From assembly GCA_046761065.1 (NCBI GenBank), contig JBHIFL010000016.1:1-60361 (forward strand): a DNA stretch of 60,361 nt, read 5' to 3'. The stretch is from Candidatus Heimdallarchaeota archaeon. Lineage in GTDB: Archaea > Asgardarchaeota > Wukongarchaeia > Wukongarchaeales > JBHIFL01. A program made the translations under genes and the position numbers. The number at the start of each line of letters is the position of its first letter. Position 1 is the first letter of the stretch. Below the pieces are notes generated by a model. That model saw only the letters and a program-made list of their open reading frames with translations. It searched no databases and was not told where the DNA came from. Shown in pieces: positions 10,519-21,109 of this stretch.

Positions 10519-12254
10519 ATCCCCTTTTTACATTGTTCTATTTTACTCAGGGTGTTTCTGATAATGGTTGAAGCTTCATAGAGGGCATGTGCCACCTTAT
10601 TTCTTTGACGAATTAGTTGTGTTTTGAGGAATCGAAACTCCGAACTTTTAGGATCAAGAGTCTTAAGTTCTACGACTTGTTGTAATATCGGTAGAGGTTG
10701 GTATAGTATAGCTGGATCTTGGTCGTACTTACCTGATTCCATGTGAAGGATAGGGTTCACCACCCGGCTTAATTGTATCAGGCATGATATAACTACTTCA
10801 AAAACTTCTGGTTCCTTTAATTTAGAGATTAGTGTTTCTACTACGGTATTCAATTTTGTTGCCTGTTCTCTTAGGTTTTCAGCCAGTTTTAAAGCGGGTG
10901 TTAAATCGAACAAGGAGCCTCCTTTGCTTTGTAAAGTTGTAAGAGCTTCCACATACGTATCGGCTACACACGTATAGTCAAAAGGTAAAATCGGATAGGT
11001 ACAAAGGCGACTGGCAAGGACAGCGTACACTTTTGTGTCAAGTGTGAGAACCGCTTTGTCCGCTTTGTCCAATGTATCATGCTTGGTATGCCACCACCAT
11101 GCACCTCCCGAGCCATATACATCATGCTGTTTTGATATACTTGTATAAAATGAAATGGAGGGGATCCCAAGGTTAAGAAACGACTGATCCCCCATTTTAC
11201 ATTCCCCCCACCGATTCTGCCCTCTTGACTCTCCTATCTCCTCTAAAACCTCCTCAACGAACTGCAACGCCTCAGGGGTACTACTTGGTTGGCGCACGGT
11301 ACCGCCTTTGATGCCTGGTGAGTCAATATTCATGTAGGCAATACAATTCTCATGCAAATCTAGCCAAAAAGTATCTGCATACCATGCGGAGCCAGAATAT
11401 CGACCTGTTGAATGTCCAGGCCACCATGTTATCTTTACACCGCGTTTTAATTGTTGTTGATATTTCATAAAGATCTTTGCAAGCTCTAAACAGGTTGCAT
11501 TGCCTGTTGCATTATCTGTAACACCTTTGTACCACGAGTCGATGTGCCCTCCGATCAGGAGATATCGTTTAGAGTCTATAGTCCCCGGAATGGACGCAAC
11601 GGTTACCTTAATTTTTTTCCAAGCTGTTTCAGTTATGGCTTTTACACGAACGCGTACGTGTTGAGTTCTGGTAAGTTCTTGAAGATGAGCTCCATCCTCT
11701 TTGTTTATAGAAATAATAGGGATGCTAGGGAGAAGATGAATCCATCGGGGTGTAGGGGTGCCCCAGATTACTGTTACTATATCTTCGTGGATGTATTTCC
11801 TCCGAATGTGGATCGCAGCACGCGCGCCATGATCCTCTGCCATTCGTTCAAGGCCTGCTGTAAGACCTTTGCAAAGAACAATCCTCCCTTTTACATCGAT
11901 GGCTTCATAATCTTCTTTTTGTCCGGAGTTAACAAAAACTAGCTCCCCAGACGCTTCTCCAGATGCGGAAAAGGCGTGAGTGATGCACTCAATATGCTTT
12001 TTCTCGGGAGTGAGGAGTTCTAATTCAGCGGCTTTCGGGTAGCTGAGTAAGGACGCAAACTTATGGAGTTCGACTGGGACTCCGTACTTTTCCAGAGTTT
12101 TCTTGATATATTCAATGGCTCGATCTTCACCAGACCCCCCAGAGATCCGATCGAGAGTTGACAAATATTCTACATGCTTAAAGAGTTCATTTGTATCTAT
12201 TTCTTCTAGGATCTTCTTTTCTAAGTTCTTTTCACCTGAGAACAACCAACTCAA
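10515..12254 (-). CDS. M28 family peptidase with PA domain
   Basis: DVKGRIVL PA domain, GGHIDSW, TDNATG, YMNIDSPG, WWHT. Confidence 0.85.
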   Translation of the reverse strand: MSWLFSGEKNLEKKILEEIDTNELFKHVEYLSTLDRISGGSGEDRAIEYIKKTLEKYGVPVELHKFASLLSYPKAAELELLTPEKKHIECITHAFSASGEASGELVFVNSGQKEDYEAIDVKGRIVLCKGLTAGLERMAEDHGARAAIHIRRKYIHEDIVTVIWGTPTPRWIHLLPSIPIISINKEDGAHLQELTRTQHVRVRVKAITETAWKKIKVTVASIPGTIDSKRYLLIGGHIDSWYKGVTDNATGNATCLELAKIFMKYQQQLKRGVKITWWPGHSTGRYSGSAWYADTFWLDLHENCIAYMNIDSPGIKGGTVRQPSSTPEALQFVEEVLEEIGESRGQNRWGECKMGDQSFLNLGIPSISFYTSISKQHDVYGSGGAWWWHTKHDTLDKADKAVLTLDTKVYAVLASRLCTYPILPFDYTCVADTYVEALTTLQSKGGSLFDLTPALKLAENLREQATKLNTVVETLISKLKEPEVFEVVISCLIQLSRVVNPILHMESGKYDQDPAILYQPLPILQQVVELKTLDPKSSEFRFLKTQLIRQRNKVAHALYEASTIIRNTLSKIEQCKKGI

Positions 12255-12296
12255 TCTACGTCGCCTTTTTCTTATTTTGTTGGGAGAATATTCAAG

Positions 12297-13247
12297 TCAC
12301 TTAAATTTTGATACGACATTTTCGGTGAAGGGTGTTAGTTTGTTGGGGTGTCCCACAAAGGTGAAGATCTTCACCCCACTATTGATCAGCTCTCGAATTG
12401 CTTCAATGTGAGCATCTGGCGTTACTGGGGCATTGTCGACAATTTGTTTAGCTCTTTTTTCAGGTATTCGCATTCTTTGTAATCTTGCGATGCGCTGTTT
12501 GATCTGTTCTTTTGTTGGTTCTATCCACATCGAATATCCCACCCCGAGTCGAATTGCTTGGGGATCTCTACCTGTTTTTTTACATCCTTCAATTACCTTA
12601 CGTTTCTGTTGGGATAAACTGTCTGGAGTTGGATCAAAGAGGCAATGAATGATATCCGCGTAGCGAGTCGCTATTTGGATGGTTTTCTCCCCAAAGGCAC
12701 CAGCCATTATAGGCACATGTTCTTGGATGGGGGGTGGACTGTTTAGAGTGTTTTCAGTGGAGAAGATTTTACCTTTAAACGAGGTATACTCATTTTTGAA
12801 CATTAATTGAACGATGGCGAGGGTGTCTTCAAAGCCTTGTAGCCGTTCTTTCGTGGGAGGAAATCTGCCAAAAAACCCTTTAAACTCAGGTTCATGCCAT
12901 CCCGCTCCGATTGCCATCACAAGTCTCCCATTACTTATGATATCAACAGTCGTTGCCATCTTTCCCAAGAGGGTTGGTGCCCTGTAACCATAACATGAAA
13001 CAAGGGGCCCAAGGCGTATCTTCTTGGTCACTGCAGCGAGAGCTGCTAATAAAGTCCAACATTCCAGAGGATGATTCTCTTTACCCAGCGGATTTGTCAT
13101 ATTCATCAAGTGATCCGTTGTCGTAAAGAGATCTAATCCTACCTCTTCTGCCGTTAAACAGACATTCTTCATCGTATCGAAATTATAACCCTCAGGTGGT
13201 AGATGGTAACCAAACCATACGTCTTTATTCATGTTTCTACCCCTCAT
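12297..13247 (-). CDS. LLM-class (probably F420-dependent) oxidoreductase
   Basis: TDHL, ECWTLLAALAAVTKKIRLG, YRAPTLLGKMATTVDIISNGR, GAGW. Confidence 0.9.
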   Translation of the reverse strand: MRGRNMNKDVWFGYHLPPEGYNFDTMKNVCLTAEEVGLDLFTTTDHLMNMTNPLGKENHPLECWTLLAALAAVTKKIRLGPLVSCYGYRAPTLLGKMATTVDIISNGRLVMAIGAGWHEPEFKGFFGRFPPTKERLQGFEDTLAIVQLMFKNEYTSFKGKIFSTENTLNSPPPIQEHVPIMAGAFGEKTIQIATRYADIIHCLFDPTPDSLSQQKRKVIEGCKKTGRDPQAIRLGVGYSMWIEPTKEQIKQRIARLQRMRIPEKRAKQIVDNAPVTPDAHIEAIRELINSGVKIFTFVGHPNKLTPFTENVVSKFK

Positions 13248-13459
13248 ACATCATACATCTTCAGAATTAGGTTTTTCAATCGATCCACAAAATTGTTCCC
13301 TAAATTCGCGAAAAATCGTGTGAATTTAAGGATTTCCCTAATTAATTACAAGTAGAGGAAACTACACAACTTTAGTAACATAAAGTTTGAGCTTCCCCAA
13401 CTACGAATCAAACCATCGCATATTTCATATAAAAAATAAAAAGGAATAAGTGATAGAGA

Positions 13460-13947
13460 TTGAAAACAGGTTCCATGGAAACGTTACATACCATACAAAC
13501 TGCTGATTTTGTTCGCTTGTTTGAGTATGTATTAATTGTTGGCAATGAATTAGGAGAACAAAAGGCATGGGAACTCTTAGAACATAGTGTGATACAACGG
13601 CGCAGGAAATGGTATGAACTATTGGCTCAATCCGAGTTGGAAGGAACAGTAGTCGAGCAAGCATATGAACATTCTTATTAAGATATTTACACCTCTCTCC
13701 TGATCAAGTTCCCATCGTTGAAAAAACAAAATATAAAATTATTTACAGAGCTTATAACTTCTGTCCTGTACTTGAAGCATGCAAGATTTTAGGATTGGAT
13801 ACAAGAAAGATTTGTAAGAAGGTTTATGAAAGACCAACTCAAATTCTTTTACGTATGATAAATCCCAAACTGCGGTTTGAGCGAAATTATGAACGTATTC
13901 GGCCTTATGCAGAGTTTTGTGAAGAAAAAATAATATTGGAAGAGTAA
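13460..13947 (+). pseudogene. Frameshifted gene for an ATC-hydrolase/V4R-like Cys-containing protein
   Basis: ORF 13460-13681 stops at TAA. The -1 frame continues FLLRYLHLSP...YNFCPVLEACKILGLDTRKICKKVYERP...IRPYAEFCEEKIILEE to TAA at 13947. The shift lies at 13669-13678. Confidence 0.7.
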
Positions 13948-14028
13948 TAGCCATGACATCTTCTGATCAGTATTTGTATAGATTTATGTTTTTTTCCTTG
14001 CAAACACTCAAATTGGTCTAAATGAATT

Positions 14029-14499
14029 CTATCCGCCGGGTGAACCATGAAAGGGGGCATACTTCCAATACATTTCCCAAAGGTTGTCTTCCGTCAAGGC
14101 TTGTGGTTGAATAATCCACCTATCAATTTGAGTTAACAAGGCATGATGTCGTTGTTCATCACGTACAAGATACTGCAGGATCAACCGTATGCGTTCATCT
14201 TTGACCGTTTTCAGTTGTTCTTTGTAGGTCCTGATGGCTTCTTCTTCCAGTTTAATATGTTCCTTGATGTGATCCCCTAAGTCCTCCATTTGTTGCTCTT
14301 CAATGAGGGGCGTAGAACCTGAAATCAGTTCAATTGCAGCACTGAGCATACTTCCATGCTTTATCGAATCAAGGGCAATCCCTCGAATTAATTCAGAGAT
14401 CAAAATGTTATCAGTCGCTTTCGCATTTGCTTCAGCTAAATCTACTATCTTATTCTCTAACTTTATCTGTTCACGAAAAAAATTTCGGAGGTTCTCCAT
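14029..14499 (-). CDS. Ferritin-like (rubrerythrin-type) four-helix di-iron protein
   Basis: QIKLE..., IALDSIKH, HIKLEEEAI, LVRDEQRHH; C-terminal PFHGSPGG; ATG at 14499. Confidence 0.8.
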   Translation of the reverse strand: MENLRNFFREQIKLENKIVDLAEANAKATDNILISELIRGIALDSIKHGSMLSAAIELISGSTPLIEEQQMEDLGDHIKEHIKLEEEAIRTYKEQLKTVKDERIRLILQYLVRDEQRHHALLTQIDRWIIQPQALTEDNLWEMYWKYAPFHGSPGG

Positions 14500-14618
14500 T
14501 TGTGCTTCCAAAATACCACCCCAACAAGTATTTCGACTCATACCCTTAAAAATTGGAGTTGAAAACAATTCGGTTAAACATAGTTTAGTGTTGTTATTTG
14601 GGATATTCATCATTGATG

Positions 14619-15659
14619 TTATGTAATGGTACTTAAAGAAAATTGGAAGAATTGCTTTTTAGATTGTTTTGGTGGATAAACCTGAAGAATTATATCTTTA
14701 CCAATTTCAAAGAGAGCTGTACAGAGAGTACCACCAAAATAGTTTCCATACAGAGTTCTAACTCTCTCCTGTCGAGGTAAAAAGATATTGTTATCAAATA
14801 AAATTTTCCGTGCTTCATTGAGAGACTTATGCGAAGTACAGGAAATTAATTCGACACCTCGTTCATATCGGCGTTGAGTCGTTCCTGAAGGTACTGGGCT
14901 TCCTTTCAACTCATCAGAAATGAAATGGTTCGCGTGAAAATATTTATCTTGAATTTCAGTCACATAGTGCCTTTTCGACGTTATTTCCAAATTTAGTACC
15001 CGTTTCTCCTTCCACGATACAAGATTATAACTGAACGCCCCGGATCTTTGAGGCATTAAGGCTTTTCGGATGGCATTATCTATATTGGTAGCCTCGAGCA
15101 TAGAACGGTCAAGCAAATGTCTAGGTACTCCGATTTGGGCATCTGGATCTGGCATAGCGTTAGCACTCATGACGATCCCGTGGGAGTTAAAGGAAAAAGA
15201 ATAACCAGGCAGGCACCCCGGGTAGGTATAAGCTAAGAACGTTGTCCCATCCTGCAATTCTACGATGAGCAAATATGCTAATTCTCCTAACACGGTTTCA
15301 TGGTCTTCATTATGGGCTAAAATGATTTTATCTTGTTGCTTGAAGATGACCGTTGAACACCCTTTTTCAGGAAAAGAGCCCCGAAAATTTATCAGCGCGA
15401 TGTTCCTGTAATCTACCCCAGCTCCTTCAGCTATGCCTGAGATTTCAGTTAAGTATTGGGGAAAGTATTTTTTTGCATGTTCATGTAAGCTATCAAACCA
15501 TTCAGGCTTTAATCTATCAATTTTTATGAGATACTTATAGATCACACTATGTGTGAATGCTTTCTTGATTCGCTCTTTAAATTTACGACCAATTTCAAAC
15601 CCAATTTCATAATTGGTTCCACGTACTCGGAAGACAGGAAGGAAGGCTGTATTTGTCAT
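14619..15659 (-). CDS. C45 family Ntn-hydrolase (acyl-CoA:6-APA acyltransferase/Tan-like)
   Basis: GCSTV autocleavage site, LAHNED, FNSHG, HANHF. Confidence 0.85.
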   Translation of the reverse strand: MTNTAFLPVFRVRGTNYEIGFEIGRKFKERIKKAFTHSVIYKYLIKIDRLKPEWFDSLHEHAKKYFPQYLTEISGIAEGAGVDYRNIALINFRGSFPEKGCSTVIFKQQDKIILAHNEDHETVLGELAYLLIVELQDGTTFLAYTYPGCLPGYSFSFNSHGIVMSANAMPDPDAQIGVPRHLLDRSMLEATNIDNAIRKALMPQRSGAFSYNLVSWKEKRVLNLEITSKRHYVTEIQDKYFHANHFISDELKGSPVPSGTTQRRYERGVELISCTSHKSLNEARKILFDNNIFLPRQERVRTLYGNYFGGTLCTALFEIGKDIILQVYPPKQSKKQFFQFSLSTIT

Positions 15660-16212
15660 AACATCCTTTTATTACTACTTAACCCCATTTAAAAATCACT
15701 CATTTGAAGTGAGGTAATGCTTCAAAACAATTGCTTTTGAAGCCTTTTCAAAATCTTTGACTTCGTAACAGGAAATTAAAGGAATGGTACAAGGACAAGT
15801 ACAGTCGAGAGAAGGAATACGTGTACTGGCGCACTCCAAAGATGTGAATAAAGGAATAATACGTATGATTGTTGTACGATACATGTAATGTTCATTTATC
15901 CAAGCATAACGTGCCTCGTACTTCCTTAAATGCGAAATTTCATAAAATAAAATGAGTTATACAACTCAAGAATTGCTAAGGAACGATTATGGGAGGGGAT
16001 TTACCATTTTAAACATTCGTCAATTAATCAGAAACCTTATTATTGAAGATATGGAAAATGTTTCAAAAAAATATCTAATAACAACTGATTTAAACAAACA
16101 CAACACGCCATTAATAAGATAACGTGTCGGAGTGTACCTATCAGATTCCTAGTGGAATAACTACTTAGATTGACTTGAATTGTAAGAAAAAAGTAAGGAA
16201 GGTTGAAGAAAA

Positions 16213-16932
16213 GTGGCTTTAGATCAATTTGGCTACGCTGGAGGGATCACAAGTCTCTTTATAGTCGCACTGGCCTATCTTTGCGCTTCAGTTTTTCTCA
16301 CTCGTTATTTATCTAGTCGCAGAATTGAACCCTTACTCCAAGGAATTGTCTTCTTTGCGGTTGGTTCATCCTGGCTAGGTGTACTCTTTGGGTTCCTTTA
16401 TGCTTTAAGTGGTGAAACCTTGGGAAAGGTAGCTGTAATTCGGATTTGGGGTTGGGCCCCTGCAGTTATAGCGACCGTTTGGGTCTATCTAGTCCTCAAC
16501 ACGATAAAACCGAGATTCAAACTCAGTGGCGCATTAATTTGTGGAGGCCTTAATATTATTTATCTCTATCTTGTATATGCAAATACAGATCAATATTCAA
16601 CATATCAAATCGTAGGAGGAGTACCCGATAGCAGTTTGACAGGCCTCGCAGCATTATTTCTCTTTATCCACATATTAATCATAATACTAATCGTTGCCAC
16701 CACGTACTTATGGATTGGATTTAAATCTGAAACACCTTCAGTACAGCTCCAGGGAAAAGTAGTCGGCCTAGCTGTTCTGATTTTTGCCTCTTTCGCTATA
16801 TTAGACTCAGCTGTCCTTTTACAATCTGTACTTTTTGTGATTATAGTACGTGCTATGCTTATCATTTCAATTTTCTTTGTCTATCTGGGTTTTACTCTGC
16901 CCGAATGGTTCCAAGGAAGATTCATTAAATAA
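16213..16932 (+). CDS. Seven-TM membrane protein of unknown function
   Basis: About 7 hydrophobic helices; ends YLGFTLPEW; GTG start after a purine-rich RBS. Confidence 0.7.
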   Translation: MALDQFGYAGGITSLFIVALAYLCASVFLTRYLSSRRIEPLLQGIVFFAVGSSWLGVLFGFLYALSGETLGKVAVIRIWGWAPAVIATVWVYLVLNTIKPRFKLSGALICGGLNIIYLYLVYANTDQYSTYQIVGGVPDSSLTGLAALFLFIHILIIILIVATTYLWIGFKSETPSVQLQGKVVGLAVLIFASFAILDSAVLLQSVLFVIIVRAMLIISIFFVYLGFTLPEWFQGRFIK

Positions 16933-17060
16933 GACAGAAGAATTAAATAATTGGTTCAATCTGTAGCCAACTGAGAGCATCTAAATAGTGCGAAGTGTTC
17001 CACTACGCATCCTTTTTGGAGCTATCAATAATATACAAAACATCAAAGGATACAAACCCA

Positions 17061-18314
17061 TTAATGAAGCAGATAGGCGGCTAAGGGGATGATCTCCCGC
17101 AGGTCCTTCCCCATCTCACGCTTGAACAAGCCTCTGAAGGACTGCTCCTCGGGGATCCCGAAAAACCCGTGAATCGCTCGGAAGAACCATTCGTGCGGCC
17201 AGGGGAGCTCCTTCTCCGCACGCAGGTGCTGGAAGAAGGCGACAAGGCCCCCTGCCTTCACGAACGACGCGATCTCGTTGATCAGCCGTCGATGGGCAGC
17301 ATGGGGGCAAAACTGGAAGAGTTGATTCACCAGGACCATGTTGCATTCGCCCACCAGGTCTTCCAGCTGGCTGGGCAGCGGGTGGGAGTAGTCCACGACG
17401 CGCCACTCGAGGCGCGGGTATAACCGTCTTTGCTCTGCAAACACCGCGAGGTTCCGTTCCGCGACCCGCAGCTGAAACAAGTTGTCACTTGCTCCGACGA
17501 TTTCCGCGTTAGGGGTAACCAACAGCAGTTCCTCAATGCCGCGACCGGTGCCACAGTTCAAGTCCAAGAGTTTCGTCGGGATCACCTGTTTGACGGCAGC
17601 GGCGATGACGGCCATGCGGGGAATGACCAGGCTCGGGTTCATGAGGTAGCTGTCGGTGAGCGGGCCCAGCTGGTCGGGGCGGTCATCCAAGGTAGCCGGC
17701 TGCGTCCCCGTTTTCAGGGCGTCTGGGACGAACCGGGAGATGATCCGATCGAAGAGGGTGAACACGACTTTGTAGGGTTTGGCCTCCTCGAGCCACCTGC
17801 GGTCCTTTGGTAAGAGCCCGTACTGTTGTTCGGTTTGAGGTTCCTTGTGACTTATCTCGAAAGGAGAAATATCTCTTAGTGTAGCCACGCCTTTTGTATG
17901 AGTAACCAAGCTTGTACTTGGCTTGATACTACTTTTATCTTCTGCACTCGGGATCTGTTTTTGTTGTTTGGGCAGGATTACGGTGTGAAACTCTCTTTCT
18001 CTCTTTTTCAAAACCCCTTTCCACGTGAGAAAATTCAGGAGATCCTCCAGCATCGCTTCGTGCTTCCATTCCTTTTCGAAGAGGATTTCCTTTGTGGTCC
18101 TGCCCTCACGAGCCAGTTCCAGAATGTTATGATCGAGACAGAAATCCATCCCCTTCTCTTCGGAATACCGAAAAAAAACAGGAATAAATGACTCAGTAAT
18201 CTCCCTAAGTTGCTTTGCGCCAATCCGTTCTTCGATGATCTTGAGATCTCCCACCTCTTTCAGAAATGAGAAAATTGATTTTACCGCCTTCCCTTTTTTG
18301 CCGATGATGGACAT
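17061..18314 (-). CDS. Class I SAM methyltransferase-like protein with N-terminal winged helix, copy A
   Basis: LLDLNCGTGRG motif I, FVKAGGLV; wHTH-like EGRTTKEIL..MLEDLLNFLTWKGVL; ATG at 18314. Confidence 0.75.
   Translation of the reverse strand: MSIIGKKGKAVKSIFSFLKEVGDLKIIEERIGAKQLREITESFIPVFFRYSEEKGMDFCLDHNILELAREGRTTKEILFEKEWKHEAMLEDLLNFLTWKGVLKKREREFHTVILPKQQKQIPSAEDKSSIKPSTSLVTHTKGVATLRDISPFEISHKEPQTEQQYGLLPKDRRWLEEAKPYKVVFTLFDRIISRFVPDALKTGTQPATLDDRPDQLGPLTDSYLMNPSLVIPRMAVIAAAVKQVIPTKLLDLNCGTGRGIEELLLVTPNAEIVGASDNLFQLRVAERNLAVFAEQRRLYPRLEWRVVDYSHPLPSQLEDLVGECNMVLVNQLFQFCPHAAHRRLINEIASFVKAGGLVAFFQHLRAEKELPWPHEWFFRAIHGFFGIPEEQSFRGLFKREMGKDLREIIPLAAYLLH
17070..17810 (-). repeat. 741-bp GC-rich inverted repeat, arm 1 (pairs with 21566-22306)
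   Basis: Boundaries read directly (ccaaaggaccg...tatctg). Main and shadow ORF translations are identical in both arms, implying nucleotide identity including synonymous sites. Confidence 0.95.
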
Positions 18315-18678
18315 GTAATCCACCCTTTTTTTGTACCAGAAGATAATCGCAAAATGAATTTCGTTTTTCCTTAATTAATGAATTTTACAAGTACACCTTT
18401 TATACTTCTCTTTTTAACGACATTTTTGTCGCATGGATATATGACGACCATCATGGCTTAATCAGCTTGTGCGCCTTAGCCCCCCCGATACGATGTTCAT
18501 ATTGAAGTGTTGTTGTCACATTCCTGACTTTGACTTTTATGGTTGTATATACAATATTAATTATCAAAATTATAAGGTTACATCACGATCATATTGTATA
18601 ATGTTACGTACAGGGATATACAAATTTTCTTTGGTATTATTATCCAATATTCAGGAATTAGTCAATAAATATATTCCA

Positions 18679-19206
18679 TTAGTATTCTATTCCTAGTCTT
18701 GGCCCAATCCCATGAGTTGAGAAGGGATGTTTCACAAGGCGCATCTCAGTGATCAAATCTGCTCGTTCCAAAAGTTTCGGATGCATCCTCACCCCGGTTA
18801 AAATTATCTCAATATTGCTACTCTTATTGTCAAGCAGCTGAATTACGTCATTCACATCAATGATAGAATGCTCAATGGCCATTCCAATTTCATCAAGAAT
18901 CACTATATCATACTTCCCCTCCATTATGATCTTTTTGGCAAACTCTAAACCTTCTTGCCCCATCTTTATGTCTATCTCAGTGGCCTTTGTAACAAGGTCT
19001 GGGCGTCCAAATTGTGTGATCTCAAATAGTCCACTTGTTTTTACCGCATGAAGCTCTCCATAATCATATCCTTTCATGAACTGAATCATGTGAACTCGAA
19101 GGCCACGCCCAACAGCTCTGAAAGCCAACCCCAGAGCTGCTGTTGTCTTGCCCTTGCCTTGCCCAAAATATATTTGAATCAAACCTTGCTTTAATCGTGG
19201 TTTCAT
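18679..19206 (-). CDS. cobO: Cob(I)alamin adenosyltransferase, CobA/CobO/BtuR type
   Basis: GQGKGKTTAALGLAFRAVGRG, QFMKG, ILDEI, ILTG, ADLITEM..KHPF..G...GIEY. Confidence 0.93.
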   Translation of the reverse strand: MKPRLKQGLIQIYFGQGKGKTTAALGLAFRAVGRGLRVHMIQFMKGYDYGELHAVKTSGLFEITQFGRPDLVTKATEIDIKMGQEGLEFAKKIIMEGKYDIVILDEIGMAIEHSIIDVNDVIQLLDNKSSNIEIILTGVRMHPKLLERADLITEMRLVKHPFSTHGIGPRLGIEY

Positions 19207-19235
19207 TCCGTTCCCTCTTAGTGATTTAGTTAGTT

Positions 19236-20192
19236 CTATTTAGGTTTGAACAATTGCCTTGTCGCAGTTAAAAGGCGGTTTGCACCTTCATACACATCAA
19301 TTTCTTTATTAAAAACTTGCAAAACAAGGGATTCCAATAGATTGTTCTTCTGAGCACTTATACCCACAAGCTCTTTGAATCGATTTTCGACAGCTTGAAG
19401 AATTCTTTGTTCGATTCTCTTCTGTCGCTTTTCTTGAAAAAGACTAGTTAATTCCAAGTGTCTGCGGTGAGCCTCTATTTCTGAGAATAATTCTAAGGTT
19501 CCTTTATCTTGAGTAGTTATCATTTTTAAAACTGGGGGTCTCCATCCCGTTTGATGAGTTCTCATATCTAGCATTGACTCAATTATTCGGAGGGTTGTGT
19601 CTGCTCCTTCAAGATCAGCTTTATTGATCACAAAGATATCTGCTATGTCATGAATCCCTCCTTTGAATGCTTGGATCGCATCACCAGCTCTAGGCATTAG
19701 GACAACTACAACAGTGTCAGCAAGGTGCTGGATCTCAATATCTGCCTTTGTGCTCTCTGCGGTTTCTATGATAACTAAATCCTTTCCAAATGCTTCATAC
19801 AATGATATAATGTCATTTATGCATCTAAAAAGACCACTTGCTCCCTTTCTGGTAGCTAAACTTCTAATAAAAACGTCTGGGTTAAAGGTACTCATGCGCA
19901 TTCTATCCCCAAGAAACGCGCCCCCTGAAAGGGTGCTAGATGGGTCTATTAAGATGATCCCAGTTGAATAGTTCGTTTTATTGAGTTCCTGAACAAGTGA
20001 ATTAATCAAAGTGCTCTTACCAGTTCCTACAGGTCCCGTAAAACCTATAATGTAGGATTCTTTTCGTGATGGGAGGAGTTGATTGCTGATTTGTCGCATC
20101 CAACTTGGGTTTGTCTCAACAAGGGTAATTGCTTTTGCTAGTGCTTGGGGATCACCCTGATGCAATCGACTGACCAGGGAATCAATTTTCAA
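19236..20192 (-). CDS. meaB: MeaB/ArgK G3E GTPase (mutase chaperone)
   Basis: LAKAITLVE, GPVGTGKST, DPSS..SGGAFLGDRMRM, FIRS, INKAD. Confidence 0.9.
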   Translation of the reverse strand: MKIDSLVSRLHQGDPQALAKAITLVETNPSWMRQISNQLLPSRKESYIIGFTGPVGTGKSTLINSLVQELNKTNYSTGIILIDPSSTLSGGAFLGDRMRMSTFNPDVFIRSLATRKGASGLFRCINDIISLYEAFGKDLVIIETAESTKADIEIQHLADTVVVVLMPRAGDAIQAFKGGIHDIADIFVINKADLEGADTTLRIIESMLDMRTHQTGWRPPVLKMITTQDKGTLELFSEIEAHRRHLELTSLFQEKRQKRIEQRILQAVENRFKELVGISAQKNNLLESLVLQVFNKEIDVYEGANRLLTATRQLFKPK

Positions 20193-20203
20193 TAAAGCCT
20201 CTC

Positions 20204-20626
20204 CTAATCAGTAGACTCAATGGACATTTTCTCAAAAAAATTCAGGATATAACCCACAATTTGTTTCGGAGGAGTGCCCGGGCCAAAAATTTCGGCCACT
20301 CCGAGTTGCTTAAGCATTTTGATCTCTTTGTTTGAAGTTATTGCCCCTCCGACAATGAACAACCGATCATAGATTCCTCTTTCTTTTGCTTTTTGCATTA
20401 TCTTAGGTATGTATGTCATATGAGTTCCATCGAGGATAGAGATCCCTATACAATCCGCATCCTCTTGTATAGCCGCTTCGATAATCTCCTCAGGAGTTCT
20501 AAAAAGGCCAACATAAATTACTTCCACCCCAGCATCTCGCAAAGCTAATGATACAACTTTGGCTCCTCTATCATGGATATCAGTTCCCGTTTTAGCCATT
20601 AAAAATCTAATTTTTTTGGAATGCAT
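20204..20626 (-). CDS. Cobalamin-binding subunit of an acyl-CoA mutase (no adjacent large subunit)
   Basis: [40 protein letters not shown]. Confidence 0.9.
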   Translation of the reverse strand: MHSKKIRFLMAKTGTDIHDRGAKVVSLALRDAGVEVIYVGLFRTPEEIIEAAIQEDADCIGISILDGTHMTYIPKIMQKAKERGIYDRLFIVGGAITSNKEIKMLKQLGVAEIFGPGTPPKQIVGYILNFFEKMSIESTD

Positions 20627-21109
20627 CCCATTTCACTCTGCAACTTTGTTTTTTAATTTTTTATAGAGTGTCAGTGTATCAGTGTTTGAATTCAGAGATC
20701 CCGCCTTATCAGAATATATTAGGGTTTATGATACTTTTACCATCATAAGGAATGTCGTGAAATACGCTTTTTGTTAATTTAACAGTTCAGTTTGACTTGA
20801 TCTACCTTTGAAATACTTCAATCACATTTAGGACATATATCAATTCAGTTTCCATAGGTTCATACTCAGAAACTTTACATTCACAACCTACTTTAATCCT
20901 ATTCTTGCTTTCCCAATATGGCTAAAAGAAAATTTGAAAGAACTGGTGAGTGTTTGGGAGGATATTTGCTTTTTTATTAGGGATTGGGGTTACATTTAAT
21001 AAATATAAATTTCTTTGAGAATTATAACTTCTTCATATGGCATCCAATAATTAGAGAAAAACGAAATTCGCTTTGCGATTATTTTCTGATCCAAGAAAGG
21101 GTGGATCGC

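Noticed and set aside
15696-15884. 62-aa Cys-containing ORF
   Set aside because: No RBS or recognisable motif, so it cannot be supported.
17116-17813. Overlapping shadow ORFs in the repeat arms, and other antisense ORFs such as 30971-31660 and 37633-38253
   Set aside because: They are by-products of codon bias or high GC opposite well-supported genes, and have no motifs.
20984-21109. N-terminal extension of methyltransferase copy B shown in the ORF track
   Set aside because: Alignment with copy A puts the start at ATG 21110. The upstream similarity is a duplicated leader/promoter.
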